From: Octopus vulgaris
Lineage: Eukaryota
Length of the DNA: 64,000 nt
Direction of reading: 5' to 3'
Assembly: GCA_951406725.2 (NCBI GenBank)
Contig: OX597828.1
Span: 56,048,001 to 56,112,000, forward strand
In this document: positions 40,335 through 54,334 of the stretch, piece after piece
Position numbering within the stretch: the stretch's first letter is position 1
Layout: every line of letters begins with the position of its first letter
Made by a program: the position numbers and the translations under genes
The notes under the pieces: generated by a model
Told to the model about the DNA's origin: nothing
The model's database searches: none
The model's input: the letters and a program-made list of their open reading frames with translations, nothing else

Positions 40335-41533
40335 TGGGGTAATAGCATAGGATGGTGTTGAGTGATGGCTAGAATGTTTTTGTGTATCTCTTTTGCCATG
40401 TTCAACATGGCTAAAAAAGAATTTTCCTGCTTAGGGAGCAGTTTTTGGCTGGAGGTGTGGTTGCACTGTTGGATAGGGTTGTAGTTTCCACTTTTGTTGT
40501 TGTTGTTTTTGTGTCTTCCTGAAAAGACTGGACCAGCATTACTGCAGCATGGTGTGTTTCTATTTTTATTGTTATTCAGGTTTGTGTGTTGGCTTGAGGC
40601 CCCGTTTCTGTTTGTGCGTCGGGTCCCTGGAAGATGAGTGAAGGGACAGTCACTCAGTAGACATGTTCTCTCACGTTGGGAATACCGGCAGATTTTGGGA
40701 CTCCGAGTTGTGTGTGTTTTGAATTTCGATTTACTATTTGGTGGTGTTGATGTTATTGTGGGATGCGTGCTTTGGCCTTGGCCGGTAGTGCGTCTAGTGC
40801 CGGGTAGATGCGTGAAGATGCAGTCACTATTTGTGCAGAGTCTCTGGCGCAGTGAATAGCGGCATATTTGGGGATTTCTTGTTTGTGCCGTGGGGGGCGC
40901 ATTCTGCTTCCTATGTTTCTTTAAGTTTTTGTTACTGCAGTAGTATTGAGGTGGTGATGTGGGGGAAGAGGGCAGTGGTTTCTTATTTGGTTTTCTGTCG
41001 GTATTTTTGGTGATAGAAGACGATGGTGGCAGCGGTGGTGATGATGATGATGATAATTGTGGTGGTTGCTGTGAGAGCGGTGAAAAGATACTGGCATTTA
41101 GTGAATCATCTAGTAAGCTAGAGTTGAGGAGTGGCTGTTGTTGTTCTTGTTGCTGTGGTTGTTGTTGTTGTTGTTGTGTCTGACCGATGTCAGGGTCAGC
41201 CATTGTGCTGGGAACCAGGAGTGGCTCATTCTGTTGTTGTTGTTGTTGTGGCTGCTGATTTTCTAGCTGTTGTTGTTCTTGAACTGTGAAAATATGTAGA
41301 AGCTTTTCATAATGGCCTCTTATCAGTTTGAAAGATACTTCGATATGTTTGAACTTGCTACGAATCTGTTTGACGGATCGTGTGTTGACCACTTGTGATG
41401 TTTTTTCGGCAATCTCATTCAAACACAAGACATTTAGATTTTCTGTTTGGGAAAGAGAGAGCCATGTGTTTATTAAAACATCAATTTCGTTATCAGACCA
41501 ATTTCGTCTGTTGCAGGCCTGCAAGTTAGTCAT
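40304..41533 (-). CDS. LINE ORF1: Myb/SANT-like N-terminus, poly-Q, two CCCH zinc fingers
   Basis: Intact 409-aa ORF; WSDNEIDVLINTW...RSVKQIRSKFKHI; C-x8-C-x4-C-x3-H occurs twice, each followed by LPGTRRT. Confidence 0.8.
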   Translation of the reverse strand: MTNLQACNRRNWSDNEIDVLINTWLSLSQTENLNVLCLNEIAEKTSQVVNTRSVKQIRSKFKHIEVSFKLIRGHYEKLLHIFTVQEQQQLENQQPQQQQQQNEPLLVPSTMADPDIGQTQQQQQQPQQQEQQQPLLNSSLLDDSLNASIFSPLSQQPPQLSSSSSPPLPPSSSITKNTDRKPNKKPLPSSPTSPPQYYCSNKNLKKHRKQNAPPTAQTRNPQICRYSLRQRLCTNSDCIFTHLPGTRRTTGQGQSTHPTITSTPPNSKSKFKTHTTRSPKICRYSQRERTCLLSDCPFTHLPGTRRTNRNGASSQHTNLNNNKNRNTPCCSNAGPVFSGRHKNNNNKSGNYNPIQQCNHTSSQKLLPKQENSFLAMLNMAKEIHKNILAITQHHPMLLPQCTNSPHCCH

Positions 41534-41884
41534 GTTCGTTTTTCTTTTGTTTGTTTTCCTTTTGATTTTTGAAAATATATATATTCTTTCTTGGGAGTTA
41601 AAGAAGTGTATATATATATAAATGTTCTCTCTTAAGGGTGTGAGTTTTTGATTATTTGGTTGTTTGAGGATATTAAAAGAAAAACAGTTGTATATAACAA
41701 TTTGTAGTTAAATGAAAACGTACTTACGGGTTTGTAGGCAAACACGTGGTTACAAATATATATATATTTAAGGCCAGTTAAGTTTTGAAGCTGTGTAGCT
41801 TGCTACTTACTTGGGAGAGAAACAAATAGACGTCCGTCCACTTCAACAGTTAATCCACGTATCCAATATATAAATATATTTATA

Positions 41885-42001
41885 GACTTAAACAAAACTT
41901 GACTTAAACAGGATTCGAATAATCCTATCAGGTGATGCTATTAAGTGAGACATGGCCTGGACCAATCTTTGGTCGAAACATATCTAAGTTTATCTAAGTT
42001 T
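41885..42001 (+). mobile_element. Extreme 3' fragment of LINE family C
   Basis: Matches the reverse complement of 46725-46830; tail (TATCTAAGTT)2. Confidence 0.85.
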
Positions 42002-42542
<541 letters not shown>

Positions 42543-42544
<2 letters not shown>

Positions 42545-45530
42545 AGACCACCACCACAGCAAACAGACCCAGGATGGACACCACCGGCAACAACGTACAC
42601 CTCACCTTGATGCTCCTACTGAACATCAGAGGACTGCAAACACTCAGTAACAGGACAAAAATCCCGTTCCTGAGAGATTTTGTTGCATGCAATCAAGCCT
42701 TATGCATAGCACTAACGGAAACGCACCTGAAACCGGATATAGCAGATGCGGAGTTACACATATCACAGTATGCTGTACTACGGACCGACAGGAAAGAAAG
42801 GAGTCATGGAGGTGTTGCTATGTACATCCGTGAGGACCTCACACCCCAGGTCCTCTTGTCATACTCAAACTCGGTGTGTGACACACTAATTGTACATATT
42901 AGGCAACTTGATGTAGTTGTGTGTGCTACATACCGCCCTCCAGATGCCCCAAGCCATGTGGGCAAGTTTGAAGACTGCCTTATAAAAATAGAAGAAGTTC
43001 TAACCACATTAGAACAACACATAAGTGTACTTCTTATGGGAGACTTCAATCTGCCAAATGTCAGATGGCCCGAGGGCCTTTCTCTCCCAGGAATGACAAG
43101 ATGTGAACGAGGACAGGCGAGGTCCCTCCTGAACCTCATCAACACCCTGTACATGGAGCAGGTAATACTCCAACCAACCAGGGCAGGTAACACACTGGAT
43201 CTCTGCTTCACAAATGACATGGATCTCATCCATAATGTGAAAGTGACACCGACACTACTCTCGGATCACAACATGATAGAGCTGACCATGTACGGGCCAA
43301 AAGAGAGCACGGACATGCAGCCTACAAGAAACCCCAGAATCTTTCCAGCTTGAACTACCATAAGGCAAACTGGAAACAAATTGAGAAAGAGATCCTCAAA
43401 CAAAACTGGCCTAAATGTCTCTCCTCGCCAGACATCGACGTGAAACTTCAACAATTCATGTCTGTAATGCAAGCCATATGCTACAGATATGTCCCAGAGA
43501 GAAAGGCCACTGTACACAAGAACAAAATCCCCAGAGAGAGGAAAATTCTAATGAGACGGCGTACAAAATTTTCAAATCGCCTAAACAAACAGATTGAAAG
43601 CAGTGAAAAGTCCCGCCTAAAAATAAAACTGTTGGAAATCGAAAAATGTCTGAAACTCTCCCATGAAAAGGAAAGAGCAGACAAAGAAGCCTGGGCTATA
43701 GACAACATAAAATCTAACCCCAGAGCTTTCTACAGGTATGCCAAAGAAACAGCTACGGTGCACTGTAGAATAGGGCCACTCCTCGAAAAGGATGGCACAC
43801 TTACAGGAAAACCAATGAGGGTAAGTGAAATACTGAATGAGCAATTCAAGAGTGTTTTCACTCCACCCCTTGGGCATCTCCAAATCACCAATCCAACTGA
43901 CTTTTTTACCACTGCAGATATAAAATCAGAGGCGGCGACGATAGATTACATCGATATAAAGGAAGACGATGTAATCAAGGCTATAGATGAAATGAAAACA
44001 GACTCAGCTACTGGCCCCGATGGATTCCCGGCAATCCTCCTAAAAGCATGTAAGAGAGTCCTAGCAAGACCACTGCAGTTCCTCTTTCAGAGCTTCCTTG
44101 CAGCTGGCAAACTTCCAAGAAAACTGAAGGAAGGGAAAATATGCCCCATTCATAAAGGAGGTAGCAGAGCGGAAGCCAAGAACTATAGACCTATCTCTCT
44201 GACCTCACACATCAGCAAGGTCATGGAACGAATAGTCAGAAGGAAGCTGATCATATCTCGACTTTGCAAAGGCCTTTGATAAAGTCGATCATGGAATGAT
44301 ATGTCACAAACTGCGTGATCTCAACATAGTTGGAAAACTGGGAGAATGGCTTCATGACTTTCTGAAAGATAGAAGTCAGGTGGTAGTGGCCAATGGGGCC
44401 ACTTTCATTAACACGCAAATAGTGAGCGGTGTTCCGCAGGGCACTGTTCTGGGACCACTACTGTTCATAATGGCCCTCTCAGACATGCCCTCAGCCACGC
44501 AGAGAGCCACGATCACAAGTTATGCAGATGATACAAAAGTTTCACAGGCAATACAGAACCCTGAGGACACTAAACACCTGCAATGTGAGCTAGACAAAAT
44601 ATACAAGTGGGCCGAAAAGAATAGCATGCAGTTCAATGCTGAAAGGTTTCAAGCTCTATACTATCAGCATGCAAAACTAAATGCAATACCCAATGAATAC
44701 ACTGGACCCGGAGGAATAGCAATCCCAGAGGCACAATCAGTGCGTGACCTAGGTATTTACATGAGTGATGACGCGACCTTTCGTGTACATGTTGCTAAAT
44801 TGGCAATGAAATGTAGACGACTGGCCGGATGGATCCTCAGAACCTTTAGAACAAGAGAACAAGAAACCATGATGGTCCTCTGGAGGACACTTGTCCTAAG
44901 CCACTTTGACTACTGCTCTCAGTTATGGTCACCATCCAGTGTCAAGTTGATCACAGAGCTCGAGACGATCCAACGTAGCTACACGAAGAAGATAGCCTCT
45001 ATGCAGAATGTAAGCTACTGGGAAAGACTCAGGAAATTAAAATTATATTCCCTGGAGCGTAGGCGGGAAAGATATGCCATAATATACATCTGGAAGATCC
45101 TGGAGGGAAGTGTCCTGAACTTTGGCATCGAGAGTTACGCAAATGCCAGAACTGGGCGCCATTGCGTGGTGCCTAGGACTCCAAACTTGCCATCAAGATG
45201 TAGGACAAGATTCTGTGATAGCCTGGGCTTCCGAGGCCCACAGCTCTTCAATATCCTCCCGAAGAACCTGAGAGACCTGCATGGGGTGGATACAGATGTC
45301 TTTAAAATGAAGCTGGATCTCTTCCTGTCAGGCGTCCCAGATGAACCAACTGCACGGCAGGAGGGGCAGATGAGGGCAGCTGCATCGAACTCTCTCATGC
45401 ACCAAATAGCAGCTGCTAGAAAGCCTTCATGAAGTGAAACCAAGTAGCAACACCAAATGGCGGTGCCCCAGCATGGCCACAGCTCATAAGCTGAAACTGG
45501 AAAAATCAAAATCAAATCAAATCAATCAAA
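42543..45530 (+). mobile_element. CR1-group LINE family B, 5' truncated at the start of ORF2
   Basis: APE (LNIRGL, LTETHL, YRPP, MGDFN, LSDH) and RT (GVPQG, YADD). Frameshift ~43345; internal deletion ~44250 removes the QHGFR segment. Tail (TCAAA)n. Confidence 0.93.
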
Positions 45531-45607
45531 TATATATATATTTATATATATATGTATATATATATAGATGTATATATATATATATAGATCGATGTATATA
45601 TATATAT

Positions 45608-46669
45608 TCAGTAGTGGCGTTCCGCAAGGCACTGTGCTGGGCCCACTTCTTTTCATCATCTACATTAATGACATTAATGACATCATCAAGCACAGTAACA
45701 TAAAAATCTTTGCAGATGATTCCAAGCTACAGAAGGTCATAAATGAGGCGAGTGACCGGACATGCCTTCAGTCAGATCTACTGGCTGTTATCCAATGGGC
45801 AGAAAGAAACAATATGCTGCTGAGCGAGGATAAATTTGAGTTAATCCACTTTGGAAAAGAGGATGCCCTGAAACTCCCATACTCCCTTCCTTCAGGTGAA
45901 ACTCTCGTGGCATCCAACACCATCAGAGACTCGGGAGTAATTGTGGACAACAACATAAGCTGGGCCACTCATATAAACAGCAAAGTTTACATGGCCCGCA
46001 GAATGTGTTCCTGGATTCTCAGAACTTTCCAGTCGAGAGATATCCACACCATTATCCTTCTCTTCTCCACTTTTGCCCGACCCCACCTTGAATACTGTTG
46101 TCCACTGTGGTCTCTCCACACAAAACAAAGTATCATAAAAGTTGAAGCACCTCAAAGGGCAATCACAAAAAAGATAGATGGCATGACAGGCCTCGACTAT
46201 TGGGGTTGACTAGAAAAGCTAAAACTTTATTCTCTCCAACGTCGTCGTGAGCGCTACATCATCTGCATGATGTGGAAAATATTCCATCAGCATTGCCCAA
46301 ATGATGTTGGCATCACCTTTAAGGTACATCCAAGGCTTGGGCCCCGTGCCATCCGCCCAAAACAAAAATCGCACTCTTATCTCATAACAACAATACGGCA
46401 CAATTATTTCACCTCAATTGGCCCCGCTCTCTTTAACATTACACCAAAACACATTAAATCAGAAACTGACCCTATAGGGTTCAAGAAGTCTTTGGACAGA
46501 TTCCTTCAAGAAATCCCGGATAAACCCCCTACACCCGGATATGTCTCTGTAAACAATAACTCTCTACTTGAGTGGGCCATAGTGCCCAAATTCTGACTTG
46601 AAAGACTTCACCAGGTGGTGCTATTAAGTTAGACATGGCCTGGGCCAATAATGGCCGAAACCTATCAAA

Positions 46670-46670
<1 letters not shown>
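45608..46670 (+). mobile_element. 5'-truncated copy of LINE family A
   Basis: Highly similar to the reverse complement of 37225-38288; premature TGA at 46207. Confidence 0.93.
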
Positions 46671-46717
<47 letters not shown>

Positions 46718-46719
46718 CT

Positions 46720-49514
46720 ATATATAAACTTAGATATGTTTCGACCAAAGATTGGTCCAGGCCATGTCTAACTTAATAGCACCACCTGATAGGATTATCT
46801 GAATCCTGTTTAAGTCAAGTTTTGTTTATGGTCCATTCAAGTAGTGAGTTTTTGTTGGGTGAGTTGTATCCAATTATGGGTGGCTTATCTGGTATTCCTT
46901 GAAGGAATCTATCTAGACTCCGTTTAAAGCTAATTGGATCCTTTTCCTCTTTGATCTCTTTCGGAACAATGTTAAATAGGGCAGGGCCTGTTGAGGAAAA
47001 GAAATTATGTTGCAGTGAACATGTATGCTGTGATCTTGAATTGGGCAGGGGACGTATGGCCCGCGGTCCCAGTCTTGGATGAACCTTGAAGCTAATGTTC
47101 AGGTCGTTTGGGCAAAGTTGGCGGTATATTCTCCACATCGTACAAATGATATACCGCTCACGTTGACCCTGGAGAGAGTAAAGTTTCAAGGCTTTAAGGC
47201 GATCACAATAATCGAGAGCAGCCATTCCTCCAATTCGTTTAGTGAGTGCCCTCTGGGGTGATTCAATCCTCGAGTTGTTTTGTCTTGTATGGGGAGACCA
47301 CAGTGGGCAGCAGTATTCGAGGTGTGGCCGTACAAAGGAGGAGAAAAGTGGCATGATGACACCTTGTTCTCTGGACCGGAAAGTTCTTAAGATCCAGGAA
47401 CTCATCCTACGAGCTATATTGACCTTGTTGATGTGTGGACTTCAACTGAGATCGTCATCAACAATTACACCCAGGTCTCTGATATTGTTAGAGGATGTGA
47501 GCGGTTCCCCTGAAGGAACAGAGTATGGCTGTTTTAGTGAGGAAATTCTTCCAAAATGCATCAGCTCAAATTTTCCCTTGTTCAGTTGCATTTTGTTTCT
47601 GTCTGCCCATTGACTCACAGCATATATATCAGACTGGAGTTGAGTTCGGTCTGCTTCTTCATTGACGATTTGCTGGAGCTTAGTGTCATCAGCAAATATT
47701 TTCACTTTGCAGTAATGTACGACACTGGAAAGGTCGTTTACGTAAATTATGAAGAGTAGCGGGCCCAAGACAATCCCCCGGTGGACACCGCTGGTGACTT
47801 TTGCTGGGCTTGAGTGGACTCAATCAACTACAACATGTTGTGTTCTATTCGCCAGGAAATACTTAATCCAGTGTAGAACCTTTCCACGGATTCCAACATT
47901 TGCCAATTTTGAGAGTAGGGTATTATGGTCTACCCTGTCGAACGCTTTACTGAAGTCAAGATATATGATATCAGAGTTCGAACCTGTTCCCAAGGCTTTG
48001 AGTATATCTTCAATGTGGTGTAAGAGCTGTGCTGATTTGCATTTAGGAGTTTGTGGGTCTCCAGGAAGTCTGCTATCCTTGATCTTAACACTCTTTCAAA
48101 CACTTTAATGATGTGGGAGGTGAGTGAGATTGGGCGATCGTTGACTGCGAGGGATCTGTTTCCCTGTTTGAAAACCGGGATGACTGACTGGGATAGAAAC
48201 TGTTTTGGTATATAACCTGCGTCTAACGAATTTATCCAGAGGTTGGTCAGAGGAACTGCAAGTTGGTGTCTACATTCCTTCAGGAGACTAGCGGGAAATC
48301 TATCAGGGCCTACAGCAGAGTAGTATTTGACCTCATTTATTGCTGCTATGATGTCAGTGGCAGTGAAGGTTATGTCTGAGATTTTATGTTGGGAATCAAC
48401 TTCGTTCGCTTCTCTTACGTCAATATCAGTATCAGTGGGAACACTAAAGACAGAGCAGTATTGTTTCTGCAGTATTTCTGCCATTTCTTTAGCATCGTGT
48501 TGGGGAATGCCGTTAACATCAATCAATGGCCCAATGGGTGAGACAGTGGTTCTATGCTTATTTGCATAAAAATAGAACACTTTTGGGTTCTGTTTGACGT
48601 TTTTGATTACCCACTGTTTCTCCACAGCTCGTTGATTTTCAATGGAGGTTTTCATGTCGGTCTGCAGATGTAGTTTTTCCAGCTCTAGCCTTTTCATTGT
48701 TGTTGAATGTGGATGTTGTATGTAGGAATATTTTAATTGGTTGATTTTTTATTGAGTCTTTTGATGCGCCTGATGAGTGTTTTTTTTTCTTTTTACGGAG
48801 CTGGTTTCTGTTTGTGTTAGTAGGAGCGTGGGAGCGTGTTTAGAGCATGTATAGGTGACAATGTTCTCAAAGTGCTGCCATGCGGTCTCAATATGGGTGG
48901 AATTGAGAGTAAAAGACCAGTCGATGAAAGACAGATCCTTTCCGATTGCTCCCTAGTCCGCTTTGTGGAAGTTTATGTTGTCAAATGAGTGCCATGGAGT
49001 GGGATTGGCTGGTTTGGTTTTTATATGTCGGGAATTAAAATTGCAGAGTACCATGTCGTGGTCTGAGAGGAGAGTTTTTTCAACTGAAATACTGTGAACG
49101 AAGCTAGAGTTATTGGTCAATACCAGATCCAAGATCGTTTTATTCTGTCTCGTTGGTCAAGAATTCATCCATTAGATTAAAGAGCAGTTCTGCTGCTGCT
49201 CTATCTGATGTAGAGCATTTGCCTAACTTCAGAGTATTTGTGGGCCAGTTCACATGAGGGAGGTTAAAATCACCCATCACTAGTATGTTTCCGGAGTTGT
49301 ACTTCCGAAAGAAGGACTTGACTTTGCTAAGGCACTCTTCAAAGCACTTTAGAGGTGCTTGGGGAGGCCTGTAAAGACCAACAATGATTATGTCCTTGGC
49401 CTTGCTGAATAGTGATACAGATTCACAATAGCCATTGGAAAATATGTCATTGGCATCAAATGAAAAGGAGTCATGGATAAAGATTGCTGTCCCTCCCTTA
49501 TTTCGGTCTGTGCG
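46720..49514 (-). mobile_element. Decayed CR1-group LINE family C (relative of A)
   Basis: Fragmented APE and RT ORFs (47930-48697, 47442-47768, 46815-47405) homologous to family A; multiple frameshifts. Confidence 0.9.
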
Positions 49515-49518
49515 ATAT

Positions 49519-49567
<49 letters not shown>

Positions 49568-49614
49568 TTATATGTATCTATATGAATATATATATATACA
49601 TATATATATAAATA

Positions 49615-49654
<40 letters not shown>

Positions 49655-49680
49655 TATTTATATATATGTATATATTGCGT

Positions 49681-49912
49681 AGAGGCGCAATGGCCTAGTG
49701 GTTAGGGCAGCGGACTCGCGGTCGCAGGATCGCGGTTTCGATTCTCAGACCGGGCGTTGTGTGTGTTTATTGAGCGAAAACACCTAAAAGCTCTACGAGG
49801 CTCCGGCAGGGGGTGGTGATCCCTGCTGTACTCTTTCACCACAATGGCGGTGCCCCAGCATGGCCACAGCTCAAGAGCTGAAACTGGAAAAACAAAAACA
49901 AAACAAACAAAA
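49681..49912 (+). mobile_element. tRNA-derived SINE with a LINE family B 3' tail
   Basis: A box tggcctagtgg, B box ggtttcgattctc; 49843-49892 matches 45456-45505 at 48/50; tail (CAAAA)n. Confidence 0.9.
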
Positions 49913-49937
49913 TACATATATATATAAATACATTTAT

Positions 49938-50114
49938 GTAGGTCCCGGGTTGATTCGGGGTTAACCACAGTAAATAAGGTACTCAATACATAGCAGAGTA
50001 AAATTAATTTATTATATAGAAGGAGCTTCTACAGGACTAGAACTGTTTCATTCAAGAGAAATCTTCTGAATGAAACAGTTCTAGTCCTGTAGAAGCTCCT
50101 TCTATATAATAAAT
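49938..50114. mobile_element. Minimal fold-back copy of the 7661 Penelope-like family
   Basis: Same head gtaggtcccgggttgattcggggttaacc; 48-bp arms 50007-50054 / 50067-50114 that both break off inside the hammerhead. Confidence 0.88.
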
Positions 50115-50233
50115 ATAAATACATTTATATATATATATATAAATATATTTATATATATATATAAGTATATTTATATATATCTATATGTATATATATATAT
50201 AAATATATTTACATATATGTATATATATATATA

Positions 50234-50296
<63 letters not shown>

Positions 50297-50529
50297 TCTT
50301 TTTTTTATATACATATATATATATATATGTATGTATATATATATATATGTATATATATATATAGATGTATATATATATATATATATACATCTATATGTAT
50401 ATGTATATATATATATATATAGATGTATATATATATATATATAGCAATAATAATTCTCTAAAAGGGATATAGACAGTAACTGCTCGATAACATAAGGATA
50501 ACATATTCAGATGGCTTTAGTCCCTTATG

Positions 50530-50560
<31 letters not shown>

Positions 50561-50563
<3 letters not shown>

Positions 50564-51105
50564 TTTGATACTTTGATACTTTGATAGGTTTCGGCCATTA
50601 TTGGCCCAGGCCATGTCTAACTTAATAGCACCACCTGGTGAAGTCTTTCAAGTCAGAATTTGGGCACTATGGCCCACTCAAGTAGAGAGTTATTGTTTAC
50701 AGAGACATATCCGGGTGTAGGGGGTTTATCCGGGATTTCTTGAAGGAATCTGTCCAAAGACTTCTTGAACCCTATAGGGTCAGTTTCTGTTTTAATGTGT
50801 TTTGGTGTAATGTTAAAGAGAGCGGGGCCAATTGAGGTGAAATAATTGTGCCGTATTGTTGTTATGAGATGAGAGTGCGATTTTTGTTTTGGGCGGATGG
50901 CACGGGGCCCAAGCCTTGGATGTACCTTAAAGGTGATGCCAACATCATTTGGGCAATGCTGATGGAATATTTTCCACATCATGCAGATGATGTAGCGCTC
51001 ACGACGACGTTGGAGAGAATAGAGTTTTAGCTTTTCTAGTCGACCCCAATAGTCGAGGCCTGTCATGCCATCTATCTTTTTTGTGATTGCCCTTTGAGGT
51101 GCTTC

Positions 51106-51110
<5 letters not shown>
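50561..51110 (-). mobile_element. Short 5'-truncated copy of LINE family A
   Basis: Nearly identical to 37208-37757 including the (TATCAAAG)3 tail; (TA)n on both sides. Confidence 0.93.
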
Positions 51111-51182
<72 letters not shown>

Positions 51183-51609
51183 CTTTCCTTTCAGGTTATA
51201 TTGAACAAATATAGCCACCTATCATTTTCAAACAGTAATGAGCAGTTTGCGTTATATATTAACTTGAGAAAACAAATCAGACGTCATTCAGCGCTCTTTA
51301 ACACATGTTACTCTTTACTGAGATGTGTAATTAAAGATGTTCCAGAGATCCGCACGCTGCACTTTTAAAACCCTTACGTTGATATCTAATGGAAAATTTA
51401 TATTCGGTAATTTAGGCGACCGATTTAAATAACCCAACTAGTCTCATCTTAGTATCATTTCTTGGCTTTCGCTTATTATTAATGATATGCATTCACGGTT
51501 TATAGAAAATTATGTGTTAGTGTCGATTTAATGCGTTGCCACATCGTCATTTATAACGTTATTACTTACACTTCGGTTTAGTAGGAGCTAATGTGTTATT
51601 ATCTTTCAG

Positions 51610-51675
51610 ACAAAGCTGCGTCGACAGCAAGAGCGACAACTCCAGAAGCTACACAAGACTATAATAAATTGCCCC
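51610..51675 (+). CDS. ECT2L: Internal 66-nt exon of the ECT2L-like gene (DH-PH linker)
   Basis: tatctttcAG|aca acceptor and ccc|GTAAGT donor; phase 0 matches the previous exon. Peptide TKLRRQQERQLQKLHKTIINCP is the helix expected after the DH domain, ending in I..CP as in ECT2L. Confidence 0.8.
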
Positions 51676-51734
51676 GTAAGTAGAGTGAACCCGTTAATGA
51701 GATGTTCAGGTTTATGTACATTTATATATGCACT

Positions 51735-51743
51735 ATCTCTCTC

Positions 51744-51807
<64 letters not shown>

Positions 51808-52046
51808 CTCCTCTCTTTCTCTCTATCTTTCTACCTGTCTCTCTCTATCTACTCCTCTCTTTCTCTCTATCTTTCTACCTCTCTCTCTCTATCCACTCCT
51901 CTCTTTCTCTGTATCTTTCTACCGCTCTCTTTATCTATTCATCTATCTATCCATCTATCTATCTATCTATCTACACCTCTCTCTATCTACTCCTCTCTTT
52001 CTGTCTATCTTTCTGCCTCTCTCTCTCTCTCTCTATTCATCTATTC

Positions 52047-52094
<48 letters not shown>

Positions 52095-52367
52095 CCTTTT
52101 ATTTCTTTTTTCTCCCCCCCCATTTTAACCCCCCCCTTTTTGTCCTCTTTCTTTCCTTTTACGATCCCTTTTGATCGAAAACCAACCCCCTTTTTTTTAC
52201 CCCCAAAAGAAAAGCTCTACCTTGTAATTTGTTCTGTCTGTGTGCAGCCCTGTGTGGCTAATAAAGAAACATATCTATTTATCTACCTACCTATCTATCT
52301 ATCTATCTATATATCTATCTATCTATCTATCTATCTCTCTTTCTATCTATCTCTCTCTCTCTATCTG

Positions 52368-52402
<35 letters not shown>
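51735..52402. repeat. (TATC)n/(TC)n low-complexity tract
   Basis: Direct reading. Confidence 0.9.
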
Positions 52403-52437
<35 letters not shown>

Positions 52438-53626
52438 CATTAATATGTGAGTGTATGTATATATGTATGTATACATATGTGTGTATTGCATGTATATATA
52501 CATACACACATACACTGATACATACACATACATATAGTGAATATTTGTGATACATATGGTGAGATTTGTGATACAGTAAAGGATTAAGAATTGGTTTACA
52601 CTGCAGATCGAAATTAAGTCTCGGCTACGGTTATTTGGAAGTGCACTTTAATTTCCTGATGTATTTACTCTTCTTACAGGGATACAGGGACTGTTTTTTA
52701 ATTCGGAAAAGAGAGATGGGTGTGAGAAAAGAGGTTCGGAGAGAGAGAGAAGTAGGGAGAGAGAGGTTTAGAGAGACACATAAAGTGAGATATTTAAATA
52801 CAACGATGGATTTGCTATATAGAATGCTGATGAACTACAGCCTTGGAAACCATTTATTCATATATATATAATATATGAAACCTTTGCGTACTTGATTCCT
52901 TCAGTCTCCAGTCCAGTACCTAAACGTATCCAGCAGCATTGATTAGAAAACCCTGTGAAAAGCAGTGAAGTAGTATGATATTATTTTCGTTTCAACTAAC
53001 ACTATCACAGTTACTGAAACTTTAGCATGGCTTCCTCAGAGGACATGAAAAGACCTGCACACAACCACCTATTTCTTCTGTTAGACTATTAGTATCGGTC
53101 GAAGATTTTGTGATTAGAGAAGTACCAAAGAAAACCATATTCTTGAAAGTTTTTTTTTTATTTGATAAATAACTTCTTGACACGTATATAACAGATTCAC
53201 ACACGAATTGATTTGTCTTCAGTATATACGACTTATATCAAAAGTCCTTGTGCAACACAGTGGTGGTAGTCCAATCAGACAACCGAAGTTTTCAGGCGAT
53301 GGAGCTAATTAGTTTTCAGAGATCACCACCACCAGTGTTTTGCACCTGTTGAATGAATTTCAGCGTCCTTACAATTTTCGAACATGAAGAGTATTTCTTC
53401 TCTTTAAAATAAGTCATAGATTAGCATCAACGGCTACTAATCCATTCAAAATATGCGTGCAATAAATTTTGCAACATTTAAATAAATGCTAATTTCTAAA
53501 TAACTGTGTTCTAAGCGATTACAATGTTAATCTCGCGGTAATGTTTGATCTGGCATTGTGGGTTCTGAAGCAAACAAAAATGTTTTAATTGGTTTGAATA
53601 GGATAATATCCTGATAATTAAGTGGA

Positions 53627-53671
<45 letters not shown>

Positions 53672-53938
53672 GCACATACACAACAGACACACATGCACAC
53701 AGAGAAATACAAGTATGGCAAATACCATACAGCATAAATTCATGAGTCATTGAAATAACTCCGCCTCCACAGGAAATAAGATCATCTCCACTTGAGAAGG
53801 AGAAATTATCTCAAGAATCAAGTTGACATGCAATTAAAGAAAAGGACAGCCTTATTGCCCGAAGATAAGAGGGCAATTGTGTACTATAATATATGATATA
53901 TATATATAAAATAAAATATATGACATAATAAATATACG

Positions 53939-54008
<70 letters not shown>

Positions 54009-54334
54009 ATATTATTTCATAATTATCCTTAGATAGCTCGATTCATCATTACAAATCAGATATAGCAGGTTAAATGGTTTTTACTGGCGAGATACTGTCT
54101 ACTGACATCACAGCAATATATTTAATCCTGTCATCCATTTTGCTTATTTTTTGATGATTTATTTTTTCCCGATCGCTTGCTACTTGTATACCGTTAAGAG
54201 CATGATTTTTTACAGTGATCGGATAATTTTTTTAATTGTCAATATATTACATACTTAAACATATCACAGTACGTTGTCATGCCAGTATTCAAGTTACACT
54301 ATTTTTTTATCATTTCATTTTAACTTAATTTACA

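Larger units (their letters stand above)
37208..41865 (-). mobile_element. Near full-length CR1-group LINE (family A), ORF1 plus disrupted ORF2
   Basis: ORF1 40304-41533. ORF2 has APE motifs (LNAQG, LTETHL, YRPP, MGDFN, LDLVF) and RT motifs (YRPISLTS, QHGFR, DFSKAFD, GVPQG, FADD). 3' tail (TATCAAAG)3. (TA)n on both sides. Confidence 0.93.

Noticed and set aside
46611-46662. LINE 3' hairpin + GAAAC as a hammerhead ribozyme
   Set aside because: No CUGANGA box and no stem I/III; treated as an RT-recognition structure instead.
49681-49760. tRNA gene
   Set aside because: A and B boxes are present but there is no complete cloverleaf, and the sequence continues into a SINE body and LINE-derived tail. 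The same applies to 22403 and 22690.
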